A DNA stretch of 64,000 bases from Geosiphon pyriformis uo1. Its lineage: Eukaryota > Fungi > Glomeromycota. Location of the stretch: the NCBI GenBank assembly GCA_016748015.1, contig JAAOMT010000495.1, positions 1 through 64,000 on the forward strand, read 5' to 3'. Positions 38,717-53,803 of the stretch are shown one piece after another (positions within the stretch are counted from its first letter, which is position 1; each line of letters begins with the position of its first letter). The notes under the pieces are model-generated. The model did no database searches, was not told the DNA's origin, and saw only the letters and a program-made list of their open reading frames with translations. The position numbers and the translations under genes were made by a program.

Positions 38717-39756
38717 GAGCAGAAAATTATTAAATTATAACACACAATAAGAAATATTATAAGATAATTTTAATAAAGTTTTCTATAATAAAATTTAATT
38801 AATTTATTTTTTATTTAATTATTATCTAGCCATTATATATTTATTCATTTTTTATTTTAATTAAATTATCTGGTCATTTAAAGCTATATTATTCAAAAAC
38901 TCATGTATTGAGATAGACTTTATCTGAACCTGACAAAAACTTTGGAAATTTGTAGCCTTCTCAAAAGTTTCATGGTCATTTATTTCTGACTTTGTGATAA
39001 CAGTTATAAAAAAATCAAAGGTAGATGCACCAGATAATTGGTAAACACTTTAAAAATTTTTCAAAAGAAACTTGGAAAGAGAAAAAAAAAAAAAGGTTAA
39101 ATCATTTGGGTGTTAAAATATTGAAAATTTCACCAATACTAATTTTTCAATGAACTATTTGATTTTTAAAACTTTTGGATTCCTTATTAATACGATAATA
39201 ATGTCATGGTTGCTAATAAATATTTTTTGAGAATAAATTTTTTTCGTTAGTGTCAAAAATCATTTAATTCTAAAAAAAAATTTATGAAATCGCTCACGTA
39301 CAGTAAATAATCAATAAAATGGTAAGAACAGTGAATCCCAAACATTAAAATGAATTGACGGGAAAAAGGGTTTTTACAATTAATATATTTTACAGTATTT
39401 TTAATTTCAAGATAAAGCTAAAAACCACAATTCATAGAAAAAAAAAATTTATAAATTCGTAAAAGACGAAAAAAAGTAATACCCAATTAAGAAATAAATA
39501 GGAAGCCATGTAATGTCATACTCTTGTTAGGCTCAAAATTTGAGGAAAGTAACAATTATTCGAGATTATTACTAAGGCAGAATAATTAAACTTTTGGTCT
39601 TTCCTATTTTCCTGAGTCATACAATAATAAATAGGAAACCCAGTTCGGACCGAGATTTTCCAATTTCTTTTTCAAGAGCTATTCGGATTACATTTATAAT
39701 GATTTAAAAAATTAGAGGAACTTGATTTAATTATATTCTAAATCTGTATAACATTT

Positions 39757-41245
39757 TTATAAATTTCCACTTTCTATTGTATTTTGATTACAATCGTTGA
39801 AAAAAACCCCAAAATAAGGACCATAATGAGGTCTTTGATTAGATTGTTCGACTTCAGCCTCAGTCGTAGTGTTCAAATTGCATTGCTAAATTGAATAAAT
39901 GGGTTTTAAATTTTATGTTGTCAAAAGCAAGCTTCTTTCAATATGTTGAGAAACCTACCCCGTTTTCACCACTATAAGCGCCTCTTTTGAATCCTGGACA
40001 TTCATAGATAACATGCTTTCCATCAATAGTTGGCCCTCCAAGGGGCGTAGTCTTACAATTGCAATCTGGTTCAGCTATCCAATATTCAGTATCATGATGC
40101 CTATAGGACCCTTTAGCTAGAAAATCTCTTGGAATCCAATCGTTGGAATGGGTAATCCGAAATAATTTTGCTCTCAAAGGCCAAAATACCAAGTTCACCA
40201 ATTCAGCAAAATTGTCATTGCCGATTCGTGGTGCACCAAAAGTTGCCACATAAACGCTAGACTCAAAAACAGGCCAATTTTTTCCCCATTTACCAGTTAA
40301 GAATTTTTTAAAGTACAATGCTGCCAAGAGTGCATAAGCTTATAGATATAAATAGTCAAAAGAATTATGGGAAAAGTTTTGGGAAAATCAAATCCACAAA
40401 AGGCAATTAAAAATGTATTGGCCTGAAGTCAATCAAATTACCTCCCCCGATACCATGCCCGGTGAACCAGAACTGGGCTTTAGAAAACCAGCTATCTGGT
40501 TTTTTTTTCAAAAGTTTTTCAAATTTGGCTAGTATTGCAGACATCATTTCTTTCACATGATGATCCCAAGAAGAATCAATTTCGCCTCTCATCAAACCAC
40601 GACTAGGCGACGAGTAAGTGAATGTTGACATTCCCTTTGGTCTATTTCGCCAGTTGATACGTGAATAATCTCTCCCACGAAAGTATGCAACTATAATATC
40701 CTGATTTTCTTTATCAGTCACGACATCAGCTAGAAATTCGGACGATAAGATGAAAAAGATTTGAAATCACTTTACAATAATATATTGTATAAAATATTTT
40801 TCATACCACGAATATCCTCTTCAAGTGCTTGACTTCCCACATTATTGCCAATACGACAATAAGCGTAATTAGCATATTTTGCCATTTTGGTGAGGATCTT
40901 TATCTTTGCCCGGTTACTGTAACGTCTTTTGACTGGGTATAGCAAACCGTAATCTCGTGCTCTTTTAAAATTTTCAACCAATGAATTAACTTTTTCGGTG
41001 TAAATTTTCGTGCCAGTGATTATAAAGTGTTTTTCGTCATGATTAATCGTAGTTTTAATATTAGACATGATAGTGAAATTCGTATCTTCACTTTTAATGT
41101 GTTTTCCATTTGACCAGTTTATTTCTTGTGCAGCAGGATAATAAGAATCTTTATGGGAATATGTGGTTGATAATATTTTTTTGAAAGCAACATCTTGGGA
41201 AGAGAAAAATATAAAATATAAAAAATATAAAAAATATATTATCAT
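39757..41245 (-). CDS. Class-3 lipase-like protein, Ser->Gly (L5), 4 exons
   Basis: Hydrophobic N-terminus, VKRR; YANYAYC; AYFRGR; WFTGHGIGG|gt; TFGAPRIGN; SNDWIP; HHDTEYW; CNC; PHYGPYFG. Start position uncertain. Confidence 0.85.
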
Positions 41246-43293
41246 TTCCAGAGAAAAAAATTTTATCTAGATTTCATCAAATTGTGTATTTCGTAATTCC
41301 ACAGGTTTTTTTAGGCTAAAATTAATTTTATGTTTGCGTGTGTGTGTGTGAGTGAAGAATGTGATTTTTCGGAAACTCCTTTTGTTTTAAATGGCAAGCG
41401 TCAGAAAATTTTTGATCTGCATCAAGTATAGTTTTTAAAAATCTTGTCCTCATTACTTGGTGATTAATAAAAATACATTGATATCAGGTTCAAAATCATG
41501 ACAATAAATATCCCACCTTCTTTTTTGCTAAATCACCTTTTTATATTTACATCGTTAGCTTACGCAAGATCTTCGCTAAGACGTTACCGTCTGGCATTCG
41601 TCTCTACGATATTTCTTTCCTTTTTCCCCAACTTCCCAAAATGCCAAAAAAAAGGTTACCTCTACGCACGTGTCTCTAGCGCCAAGATAAAGAGCGAGAT
41701 TCTTTAGTATTTTTTCCATATTCGCAAGTAATTTAATCTCTTTTTGACCAGGCAAGACTCTCGTTTTCATAATGTAATTTCAAAAAAATTTTGTACAAAT
41801 TTTTTGCATACCCCTGTTTAAATAATAAGCATAAAGTTTTTGTTTTCACTCTTTTTGACCTCCAGTTATTTCGAAAAGCTCTACTTTACTATTAATAAAT
41901 GTTTAACAAAAAGTTCTTGGAAAAATTAAATTTTAAAATAATCTTGTGTAAAGTTCAATAAAGGATCAAAATATTTTTTTATATAGCAAATGCATTATAT
42001 TATGTATTAGGTGTTTTGTTTTCTATTTTCATGAATTGGGTTTTTTTTTTTTGGTAAAAACACGAAGTTTGGCAAAATGTAACCCTTCAAATTTTTTTGT
42101 AACATCTAAATTTTTTTTGAGAGCTTTCAAAAATTATTAATTTAAGTATAAAAATAATCTGCGTGACTTATAAACAAAGAAAAATTACTGGATAAGTTTT
42201 ATGCTATATAACGTTATTCACTTGTTTAATTTAATTCTTTTAATATCATGCCAAGCTTTTACGAGCTATAATTATAATCTCAGCTTGATCGCAATTGAAA
42301 AGAAATTTCTACTGTATAGCGTTGAGTACATTACTGATCTGAAATACAAGGTAGTTATAAAAACATTTTTTACGATGAATTGATTACGCAATTAAAATCA
42401 CAGAAAAAACAGCGGAAAAGGCGAATAGTTATTGCCCACATGAGTAGTTTCAGTTAGACTTGACATTTTTATTATGAAATTTCAATTTTTTTTTTCATAT
42501 TTTAATATTCCTGAAATTTTTTCATACATGATTAAAAAAACTAAAATATTCATAATAATAATTTAAGAATTTTTAATTTTTCATAAAAAACTGGTACATA
42601 ATTCTGAACGAATATAGGGTACAAATTGGGAAATGAGTTTTTATACATATCTTGATCAAACCTCAAGAATATATTTCACAGCAATCTAATACATTTATAA
42701 TGAATAATTATTTAAATTAAATAAAAATCAATATATATATATATATATACATATATTTGGATATTTGGATATTTAAAGAATAAGCTTTGAAAAAAAAATT
42801 TTTTATCAAGTTATTTTATAAAAACAGTTTTAGGTAAATTTATTTATAATAATATAATTAAATTTTCATTAAAAATACTATAAATTTTTTGTAATGCTCT
42901 TTTTAATTATATATTTTTAGTTTTAAAATTAATTTCAGAGAAAAATATTAAACTAATTATTTATTGAAAAACATGTCAAAATGAGTCTGTTAAACATTTT
43001 TAAATATGTTCAAAATTCTAAATTTGTACTCCCTCTAAAAAAAATGGAGTTCCATCACTTTAAAATCATATATATCAAAATTATTATGAAAAAGAATCAA
43101 ATGCAATTCCAAAAATTCTGAATTGTTTACAACTTAAAATTTTAATAATTAAAAATAAAGCAAGCTATAACCCTTGTACATGAATTTTGAAGAAAATTCT
43201 TATAAAAGAGAGTTGAATTTAATTTTATGAATTAGATATTCGTAAACCTTAAAAGGTTTGAATCATAAGAGATAAAAAAAATATGTTTATCCA

Positions 43294-44777
43294 TTATTCT
43301 GGCCAGAAAGCGTTGAATGGAAGTTCATCCATATATTCCCAACACACATTCATCATAATTCCAAAGTAAGGACCATAATGTGCCGCTAACCCTTGGTCTT
43401 CAGTTCCTTTCTGTCCTGCGTTGCATTGCTATGTAAAGAAAATTCAAAAATATATTTCAGTCAAGCATTTTTTTTTTCAATGAATATCTAATGAAACTTT
43501 TGTTATACCTTATTTTCACCACTATACTTTCTTAGAGAGGATTCATCTCCGGGACAGGAATATAAAGGGTATTCACCAACTAATTCTTGAAATGGATACA
43601 TGACCTGATCCTTTTGACTGCAATCACAAAAAGGATAAGAAATCCAAAATTCACGCTCTTGATGTTCCAAAAATTCCGAAGGATGATTGAAGACTGGAAA
43701 ATGAGGGTGATAATCATTTGTATGGGTTACCCGAACAATTCGAAGTTTCTTATTGGCTAATCTGGCCAAAGAACTAGATAAAACTCGTGGTTGACCAAAT
43801 GTTGCTACGAGTACGTCAATTTTACTATTTACTTCGGAATATTGAGTTTTGAATGCTAAAGCTGCGAGAGTTGCGTATGCTTGATGGGGAAAAAAAAAAT
43901 CTAATGATCAATAATGAAGATGGACACTTTTATAATAAAATTATTATTATTCTTATTCTTATTATTCTTATTATTTTTATTTTTATTTTTATTATTATTA
44001 TTATTATTATTATCATTACCACCACCAGCACCATGTCCTGTAAATATAACATTGGTCGATTTTCGGATATCCACGCCTCCAAACAAAAGATTCAAATAAA
44101 TTTCAATTCTTTGAAATAGTTCTGGCTTTATTACTTGAAAATGGTGGTGAAACTCTGAATCAACTGCCATATTTCGCACAGGTTCTCCAAAAGTATAATT
44201 ATTTGCAGGAATAAGTTGAGTATGCCTTTCTTTCCATTGTGAAAATGACAATTCTGGTCCTTTGAAGTAGGTAATAATTTCTCTTTGTTGAACATCTATA
44301 AAACTATCAGCTTTTTTGGAAAATAAATAGAGACTTACAAAGGTTAAATTATCATAATTATTTTTAAAATTCTCAATCATTAAATTTGAAAATTTTTAAC
44401 TCCCTACCAACCACTCCAGGGATGTGATGAGCTAAATTATTAATTAATGTGCTTGGAAAATTTTTTGATAAGAATCTACCAAATGCGTTATTTTTTGAAC
44501 AGTACGCGAAATTTGAATAATGTGCAAATCTTTTCAATTCTCTTATTATCTCTGGACTTGTAATTTGATATTTAACAGGGGAAAAGTTATTGGCATTTGT
44601 TTGTGGTACAGAATTTTGTAGTTTAATTGAGTCAAAAATAAAATATTTTTCAAGGAAACTGGTGGAAGCTAATATCAGTTTTGGGCTTTGGATTGAATTA
44701 CTCTTTACAAAATTGAATATGAAGAGAAAAAGACATATTATTACTGTGAAGAGATGTAGTAAGGTTTTAATCATCAT
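43294..44777 (-). CDS. Class-3 lipase-like protein, Ser->Gly (L6), 4 exons
   Basis: Signal MMIKTLLHLFTVIICLFLFIF; YSNFAYC; TYFKGP; FTGHGAGG|gt; TFGQPRV; TNDYHPHFP; HQEREFW; CDC; AHYGPYFG. Confidence 0.88.
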
Positions 44778-46645
44778 TTTCCTTAAAACTAGATTTTCAA
44801 CCAGTATTATTTGGGTTGTAAAGAGAAAGATTATGAAAATTTCCGGCCTATACTTGAATACTATATCTTTTAGATAAAAGCAATGACTAAAATTAGATAT
44901 GTTTTTATTTTCAGAATGGTTGTTGTGTATTTATATTTATTAATTGAGTTAATTAATCAGAAATTGGGATTAAAGGCGACAAACATACCGGGTGAGATAA
45001 GACCACGCTTAAATATTTTGTGCAGTGATTAAAATAACAATTTTAAAGTTTAGGACTTTTCACTATTAACTCGATATCCTTGAAAAAAAAATTACATTTT
45101 TTAAAAAGAAGCTTTAAACATTGATAAATCTTGGGAAGAATGAATATAATGTACAAACTGCTAATACAGAATTATGAGGATTTTCTCAAGATCTTGAAAA
45201 TTTTTTTGAAATACTAAAAACCTTAAAATTGCACGTGGGTGCTTATCTTTAATAACAAAAGACATTTATTTTTGTTCAATTTATTATTTAATTAAAGAGC
45301 GAGTTGAAAATTCGAAAAATTTATTAACAAATAGGTCTCCAAAAAGATTTTTGTTGTAAAAATGTTCAAGAAAGAGGTGAAAATTGCGCATATTATTAGA
45401 CGGTCAGCTACTTGTGTTAAATGTTGTTTTAAATTATTAGAAGTCAAAGGGCTAAAACCTACAAGCATTGGACCAAAGAAGATTGGCGGTGTGTTCTTTG
45501 GACAGAAAAATTGTCAATAACCACTGATTCGTATGAAAAATTTTGTTTATCGTGACATTAAATTGAGCTTTACCACCCTGAATAACGGTTAAAAGTTGGG
45601 CGTAAATCTATCATAGTATGAGGGATGTGCCTTCTCACGTATGTCTGTATAACTGGTGGAAGTATATGCAAAACCGAAACTCACAAACAGGAGCTGACTT
45701 GAATGAGGTAGTTTTGGAATGCTATAATAATTCCTCAATTTATTGATTCGATCCCAAAACGTATTAAAGAAGTTATAAAATAAAGGATTATACACTTTTG
45801 TTTTCAATAATAAAGTGATATAAATAATGACTCAAAGTTCCTTGTGCTTCGGATTAACTGTATCTTTTATTTACAATGCAACAACTAAAAATGGGTGATT
45901 TTCTGATTTTTACGAAAAATATTTTATTATACATGTAATTGGTTGACAATTAACCAAGTATAATAAAATTTACTATCTATCCATTTTCGGTTTAATTAGA
46001 GTTACTATGTTAGTGAAAATAATCGTTATCATTGTTATCTTTAAATGTATTTTTATAATGAGAAAATATAAACAAAAACCTGTTGCATTTTTATCCCACG
46101 ACAAATTCTTGATAAACTCTATGAAATTTTTTCCTTTTTTTGAAACAAGTTTTTTTTTTTTTCAAATATTTATCGCTAAACTCTCGAGCATTTTTAAAAG
46201 AAAAAAAAAATATTTACCTTATTTGAAATTAAATCAAAGGTAAAATAAACATTAAAAAATTTTGATTATTGATTTAACTTTTGTAATTCGCTAGTCTATA
46301 CACTTAAGTCTTTAGAATTTCGGATAATCATAATCTTTTATGACCTCTCTAAATAGAAATAAAAATTGTAGTAAAAGAAAAACCTTTAGAAAAGTCTTTC
46401 AGAAAATTTTGATTTATAATATATTTCGAATTCATACTATCAGATTTTAGTAATGTTATGAAAATATCTACGTTACAGAAAGAAAGTGATTGCTTTGATA
46501 TTATTTTATTAATGTTCTTTTATTTAAGAAAAGGTAAAATTTTAGATTTGGAATACAATTTGCAACGAAAAATATTTTTTTTTCTTCACAAATCAAAAAA
46601 TAACATTCATTAATTAATTCATTCATTCATTAAAAAAATTTAAAA

Positions 46646-47971
46646 ATGGAAATCCTTTCAAAATTTCTTTGGTTAATTCACTTGATTTTCATGATAGTTT
46701 TTTCATCAAATTTAATATCAAAAACATTCGAAACCTCCTCCCTATTTAAAATATCTAAACAAATAAAATATGAACAAAATTTTCGACAAAATACGACATC
46801 ACTCTTTTTCAAAAAAAAAATTATCATGGAATAAAAAGCATAAAAAAAGACCAAAATTTTTTATTTATAGATAAAAGGAGCTTGGGAAAGTTGGAAATCA
46901 ATGATAAAGCCATAATCAAAATGTTAACTACTATGGCTGAATATGCTAATTTGGCTTATTGTTCAGAAACTAACAAATTTGGTGAACTTGGTATCAAAGA
47001 TGCTTTTGGTATGAATAAAATATTGAGAGTTTAAATAAACATTTATCATTCATATTTATCAAAATCTAATTTTGAAATAATAATTTTAGTTAACATTATT
47101 CAACACTTGGAAAGCAAAGAAATAATTTGTTATTTCAAAGGATTGCATTTCTCACGTGAGGAGTTGAGCAATAGAGTTCCTAACTTCTCCGGTTATAGAA
47201 CTAGGAGTGGCTATGTGGATACTGAATGGATGGGCCATTCAATCAAAATTGCAAAATTGATTATGAAGAAAATTCTGGATTTCTTGATAAAGACTCCTGG
47301 AATTCATAAAAAAGTTTATTTTACTGGGCATGGCGTGGGCGGCGGTTAGATTAACTAAAAATTTGGATTTTTAATTTGATTTTTAGATTTAATGAAAATT
47401 GTAAATCAAATCATTTTATAATTTTCAGTATATGCGGTATTAGCCGGTCTCTATATACTAGAATCGTATTACGAAAAAGTTCTACCAGAACTTTCCAAAC
47501 CGTTGATAGTCGAATTTCTTGCCATTACTTTCGGACAACCACGAATTGGGACAAGTCAATTTGCATGTCTCATTAATAAGAGGTTGAAAGTTTATCGAGT
47601 AACGATTTATAATGATTATTTTCCCCATTTTCCAATTGGGAATGATAAAATGATTGAAGTTCATCATGATACAGAGTATTGGATTTCCGAAGAAGATTGC
47701 TATTGCTCTAATCAGATTGAAGGAAATAGTCAATTAAAGTATCAATCCAAAATTTATGAATGTTTGAACGATAATGGGCAACTGTTTGAAAAAAAGGAAA
47801 AAGAAAATTTGGTAAAAATACTCTTTTTCTAGTAAATTAATTTTGAATGATTCAAGCTTGGCTAAAATTTTTTTTGAATTTGAGTAGAAAGGTAATTTGG
47901 GAACGGACGGATTAGGTGAATTAGTCCATTTTGGGCCATATTTCGGTACCACATTTAACGTGTGTCATTAA
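46646..47971 (+). CDS. Class-3 lipase-like gene, Ser->Gly (L7); single frameshift in an A10 run (recent pseudogene or sequencing error)
   Basis: One extra A at 46811-46820 joins MEILSKFLWL.. to NYHGIKSIKKDQNFLFIDKRSLG..YANLAYC. Then CYFKGL; FTGHGVGG; TFGQPRIG; NDYFPHFP; HHDTEYW; VHFGPYFG. Confidence 0.8.
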
Positions 47972-48589
47972 TAATGTCCTCATGAATAACTTTTTTTGAA
48001 TATTTAATTTTTGTAATTAATGCGAGCTGAGGATTTATCCGAATTTGTATCTCATCGCCTCTTTTGGTAACTAGTAATGTACGGGAAATTCAATCATAAT
48101 AGTCTCAGCTTTTAGAAATAACCAGTGAACTCAAAACTGAATAAATAATATTTTTCTAGACAAATTTTAATAAATTGCTATAAAATATTTTTCCAACTCA
48201 TATTCTCAGCTATAATATTTTTTGAAAGTCAGAAATTGGAAGCTTGTAAAATATTTTGAGAAATTCTAACCTCAAAATATTTCAGCAGCGAATGAATTTG
48301 AAAAAGAAATTCTTTAGCAATAATTTCGTGAATCAATTGTCGTTTAACAGCAAATTAACCAAGGATACATTTGATATGTTATGAAAATTAATCCGAAATA
48401 TTAAATTTAAAATTTTTTTGATAACTTTTACTAATGAATATTAATAAACTTCTCTATTGATCTTTTAATTTTACCTAAAAATAGTTTATAATTCAAAAAG
48501 CTTTATAAAACTCTAGATGAGAATTAGTGCTAAAAAGAAAATAAACCAAATTTCTTTATCCTTTCAATGGGTGTTTATACATGAACTTG

Positions 48590-49200
48590 AATATTACTCA
48601 ACTGATTTCTATGATTACAATTTCAAAGAGATAATTGTTTATTTCAAACCAGAATCTTTAAATCTTCAACAATGGGAACAGAGTCCAATTTCTTTGATTC
48701 CTTTACTCTTGGGAAAAGCAGAACAAAAAACAGTTTTCATTGATTAGGAACTGGATCCGAATATAGAATCAATAATAATAGTGACATTTTTAAAATGATT
48801 AAACGGCTAAGAAAGGTCAGGTGCCAGTACCATTGCGATTATCAGAAGTTAATGATAAGGTGTTTATATTGGTGATGGTGAAAATTTATGGTTATATCAA
48901 AATTGTAAATCATTATTAATATCTTTCGTAGCATACAGTGATAGCCGGATGCCTATACATGCTTCAGTAACTTTTCGGCTCTCCAAATGAAATAAACACT
49001 TTTTTGGCAACCAAAAATTAGGCTGAAAATCCTGTATGTTTTTTAAATTTTTATTTTTTCTAAATTCTTACAAATTTGGAAATATGCTGAAATATCGTAA
49101 ACTCTAATTTTTAGAATTGTAATAAAGCTCAATCATATTTTTCAGATCAAAATTTAACCACGTTTGGGGATCGTGAAACGGGAATGGAATCCATCCTAAA
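48590..49200 (+). pseudogene. Degenerate class-3 lipase-like remnant (L8)
   Basis: DFYDYNFKEIIVYFKPESLNLQQWEQSPISLIP..VFID* matches exon 2 of the paralogs; decayed AY../VTF. and NCNKAQS exon traces follow. Confidence 0.65.
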
Positions 49201-50158
49201 CGAAATTTGCTTTAGATTTTTGTGTGTAAAGTTTTTTGAATACAATTTTCGATATGATTAACACATTTTAAAATATGTATTCTAGTCATGCATTTATTAA
49301 TTGTAATCAATTTTGGTTGATCAATTTAATATCAAATTTAAAAATAAATATGATAATCTGTAATTTTTACACTATCTTGTACATGTATTTTAAAACTATC
49401 AAATAACCTTTTCGAAATAATATTTGCTTAATAAAAAAGATAAGTTCATGCTGTAACCAACTATTCTAAATTTATTAATTAGTTTGAAATAAATTTTAGT
49501 TCTGTATAGTTAATATATAATAAATGAAAATTTAAAAAGATTTAATGTTAAAAGTTATCATGTCCTAAAAAATGCAAATAGCTTTTTCTCTGACAATTTT
49601 TATTTTCTCATCAATTAATTCATAAATAGGAAATTTAAACATTTATTGTAAAAAGTTTGGCTAAATTTTTAAAAAAATACTTTGAAAATCTTTGGTTATT
49701 TCAATATTTTGATTTAATCGTCCCAATCTTTACTTGCGACTTTTTAATATTTGTTTACTTCAGATTTTAATTTCCTTCTACTTTTCAATTTTTTTTTAGG
49801 GCCTTTATACACTCATTTCTTTGTAAATTGAAAAATTTAAACTATTTATCAAGTAAATCTCGCGCTTGAGTGTCGAGGAGACCAATCTTTGCACACTGCT
49901 TTGTCAGAAATTCAGCAAGATTTCCATGGCATTTAATTATGTTTTCAAGGATTTTGCATAAGAAAGGCCCTTATTTAGAAGATCTTCTTATTGGCTGTTT
50001 AAGATTTTGGTATAAAATCCAAAAATGGCAGTTCGCGTGATAATACAAAAATAAATACATAAATAAGTTTGATTTTGGCGGATTTCTTACTTATCTCGAA
50101 ACATTATAAATTGTCAACAAAAAATTAGGAACCCAAGTTATGGTGTTTGAAGAGCATA

Positions 50159-51590
50159 ATGAATTCTTTTAAAGATTTTGCCATGAAAACTTTCAAATTT
50201 TTATCAAGAAAAGAAATTATCGTTTCGTTATTTATATACTTTACATTTCACTTTTGGTCACATGAAAATTCTAAAGGCTGGATAGTTTCTCATAAAGCTC
50301 TAAAAATTCAATATCTCTTTTTACAAGATGGAAATCTCACTTTTCCTATCGTAGTTGATCGGAAAAATCAAATTAGAGTTCCTTTCCAATTCAAACAAAC
50401 CACCAAACGATCTCAATCGCTTCCTAAAACTTTACTAGATCCTGAAAAATCTTTTTTCGGTCTTTATAAAGTGTTGGCATACTATGCAAATGATGCCTAT
50501 TGCAATTTAGAAAATGGATTTATAAACGGTTTGATTCTTTTAGAATAAAACATTTGATTTAGGTCAAAAACTATTTTTTGCTATTTATCTTAAATTTTTA
50601 CTCTTCAGTCGAATTCGGATCTTTCTCAAGTCCAAGCCTTAATACGGCTCTCGTTGTGTACTTTGCAGGACCAGTAATTATTTGAAATTTCCTGAAATAT
50701 TATGTCAGAATTAAATTCACTAAATAGGAATTTCTTGACTTTTTTTTAGAAAAGAAAAAAAAATTCTTGGCGCACTGAAATTGATAGACAAATTTTATTT
50801 CAAGTGAAAGGCTTCCCAACATTTGACGATAATGCCCGTGTTAATAAACCATTCTTGGAAATTATTGAATCCGTGTTTCCCAGAATTTTAGAAAATATTC
50901 GGGAATTTTTAAAAAAAGATCCAAGGATGACGCAAATTTGGTTCACTGGGCATGCTATTGGTGGAGGTTGTGAAACTAGGAATTTTTTTTAGTTTCTATA
51001 AGTAAAAATCTGAAATATTTTTATATTTCTAAAAATATCAGCATATGCCTCAATCGCTGGTATCCTATGGACTATTCAAAGATATGGGATTTATAAATCG
51101 AAGTTATGGCCTGAAATAGATCTGAATAAAATTGGTCACCATCTTATCACATTTGGAGCTCCGAGAATTGGGAACAGCCGATTCAGTAGATTTGCAAATA
51201 AAGCGATTAGACATTATCGCATAACCCATGGAAATGACCATGTCCCACACTTTCCTTCGGATTCATTAGAGTGGAACCACTTTGGAGTAGAAATCTGGAT
51301 TGAGCCATTAGAAAATTGCAATTGTCTCGATGATGATGTTAATTTTCATCCATATTCCTATTGGGACTGTAATAATCAATTACTTGAACGGACCCAAAGA
51401 CAAATATGGCTTGAGAAATTGACTAGTGAGAATATGGTAAGTTTTATCCAAAGAAAATTTTTAAAACCGATAAAATTTGAAAGAATTTTCTCTTTAGGAG
51501 TGTAATAAAGGGCAATCAATCATCAACGTTCCAGATGATTTGTTCCATGATGGGCCTTATTTCGACATTAGAATGGGTGTTTGTAGTTAA
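50159..51590 (+). CDS. Class-3 lipase-like protein, Ser->Ala (L9), 5 exons
   Basis: Signal anchor, TKRSQS; YANDAYC; VYFAGP|intron; WFTGHAIGG; TFGAPRIGN; GNDHVPHFP; HFGVEIW; CNC; FHDGPYF. Confidence 0.88.
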
Positions 51591-53803
51591 GTCATTTAGA
51601 AATTCTTGAAATTAAAATATTGACTTTATTTTTCAGATGAGTAACAGACCATCCAATAATGCGCGCAATTTTACTATATAAAATTTGTTTTTTAATATAT
51701 TGTTTTTGGCGACCCATTTATGTATACATTTCGAATTTTAAATTCGTTCTTTTATTAAATAATAAATTAATCAAAGACGAGTCTCTTGTTATCAAAAATA
51801 ACCATGCAGGTCTAATTTTAAGGTTTTTGGCATTATTACAGTGTTAAGAAATCTTCCTAATTTTATGTTAATTGTGGCTTAAATTTGCTATTTTAAAACA
51901 TAAAATTTTATATTTTTAAGCGTTGGAATTGGTTTTAAGAAAATTATTAGTAAGCAAGAATTATTTTTTAAATGTGTTACCTTAAAATATTTATTTTTTG
52001 AAAATATTAATAATAGTTAAAATTATTAAAGTTTTTCCACTTTGAAACCACTGATAAAATAAAGAAGATTGAAATAAAAGAGTCTCTATTTATATTCTAT
52101 TTGATGCTGCTGTTCACTCACTATTAAAAAAAATTAGCCTAAAAATGAATTTTAAACCATATCATATTATCAAATCCTTTTTTTGGTACACATATCGTCC
52201 TTTTATTTTTAATATAACTTTCATTAATTGATAAGTAGTTATTTTGAAAAAAAGTAGTGTTTAAAAAAAATTTTAAAAGATAATGTAAATGAATTGATGA
52301 AAGTTTTTATTATTTTTAAAATAGACTTGAATTAAATAGACAATAAAAATTTTAATCAAATTGTTGTTAAAAAATGGTTTTAAAAATGTATACCAAAGTA
52401 TGATTAAGTTTTTTGTGACAAAAAATGCGTGCAACTTTTTTTATCATAAATGAAAAAATAGATTTTTAACAATTTCATAAGAAACAATATTTTTATATTA
52501 TAACCCACAATAATAAATTAATAAAAAATAAAGTCAAAAAATATTAAAATATTAAAAAAAAAAGCTGTTTAATATATAATTGAACAAATTTTTATTAAAG
52601 CTTTTAAAAATTTTATTTAAATATTTATTAAAAAAGTCAATAATAAAAATAAAAATTTAATCAATGATTGAATTAATAATCAAGTTAACAATCAATTTTA
52701 ATGGTTAATAAATGATTGATATAAATTCAAAAAATTACAACATTAGTTTTTAAGAACAACACAATTTAACAATTCAAAGATATATTTTAGAAAACAATTT
52801 AAAACTATACATCATTTATGAGGAGAAAGACATAGTAATTTGGACATTAAAAAATGGATTTTAAATTTCATAATAATTGCGTTTGGTTTTATATCGTAAA
52901 TAATAAATTAAAAAACTTTCAGTCTGGTACAGAAGTAAGTGGACAAAAAATTATACAGAACTTTAAAAAAAAACAAACCTATTGTGGTTGTTGCTATTTG
53001 AAATGACATGTTTTAAAAGATTTAAAAAGTTTACTTTTCAACAAGCCTTTTATATTTTTTTGGTTGTTTTTCTATATTCTCATATCATCCAGATAAGGAA
53101 AAAATGATGAAAGAAAAGCCAAAGATTTGGCTAAGTGCCCAGTTGTATTTTAAAAGACTTCTAAAAAGACCAAAAATAAATAATAAATGTTGTTGACTTG
53201 CTAAAAATATTTTTCTCTGTGTTATAGTTTGTGAAAATAAATTTGACTCATCAAATATATGAGGTTTATAGAAAAATATTAAACAATAAATATATTATTA
53301 TAATTAAAAATCAAAGTTAATGTAGAGTCTGTAAATTATAAAGTTTTTACCAATTAAATCTTAGGGATAAAAATGCATGTACTATTTATAAAAAAATTAG
53401 TTGATGATTTAATTATTAAAATAACTTCTCTCTTATAATTTAGTCTTGAAGCTGTGTTGTATGCTTTGTGCATCTGCTCACACATAGTATACAGTCAGGA
53501 TAGTCTCTATTATCCTAACAACCAATTCCGATGTTCTGAAATTTGGCAGGTGGCATAATCTTTAATTATTGAAGATGGACATTATTCACAAAAATAGTAG
53601 AGTTGTTAAGTCTTAATCATCTACCAAAGTTAAAGAAGTCAGGTAGAGAAAAACTACGCAAAATAAATTTCTAATCAACGGAAGCAAGCAAAGCTAAAAA
53701 TTCTACATATAGTGTAAATAAATGCTAGTTTTTAATTAGAACTAGAATATAAAATGGCAGCAAGAGGGTAATTAACTAACTTGATATAATACTATTCTTC
53801 ACT

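Noticed and set aside
41498-41770. GC-richer island with two short overlapping ORFs upstream of L5
   Set aside because: No recognisable motif or splice structure; may be a relic but cannot be supported.
43853-44119. Hydrophobic plus-strand ORFs and the NNNK tail of ORF 43901-44380
   Set aside because: Intronic (ATT)n-type repeat of L6 read antisense or through the splice donor.
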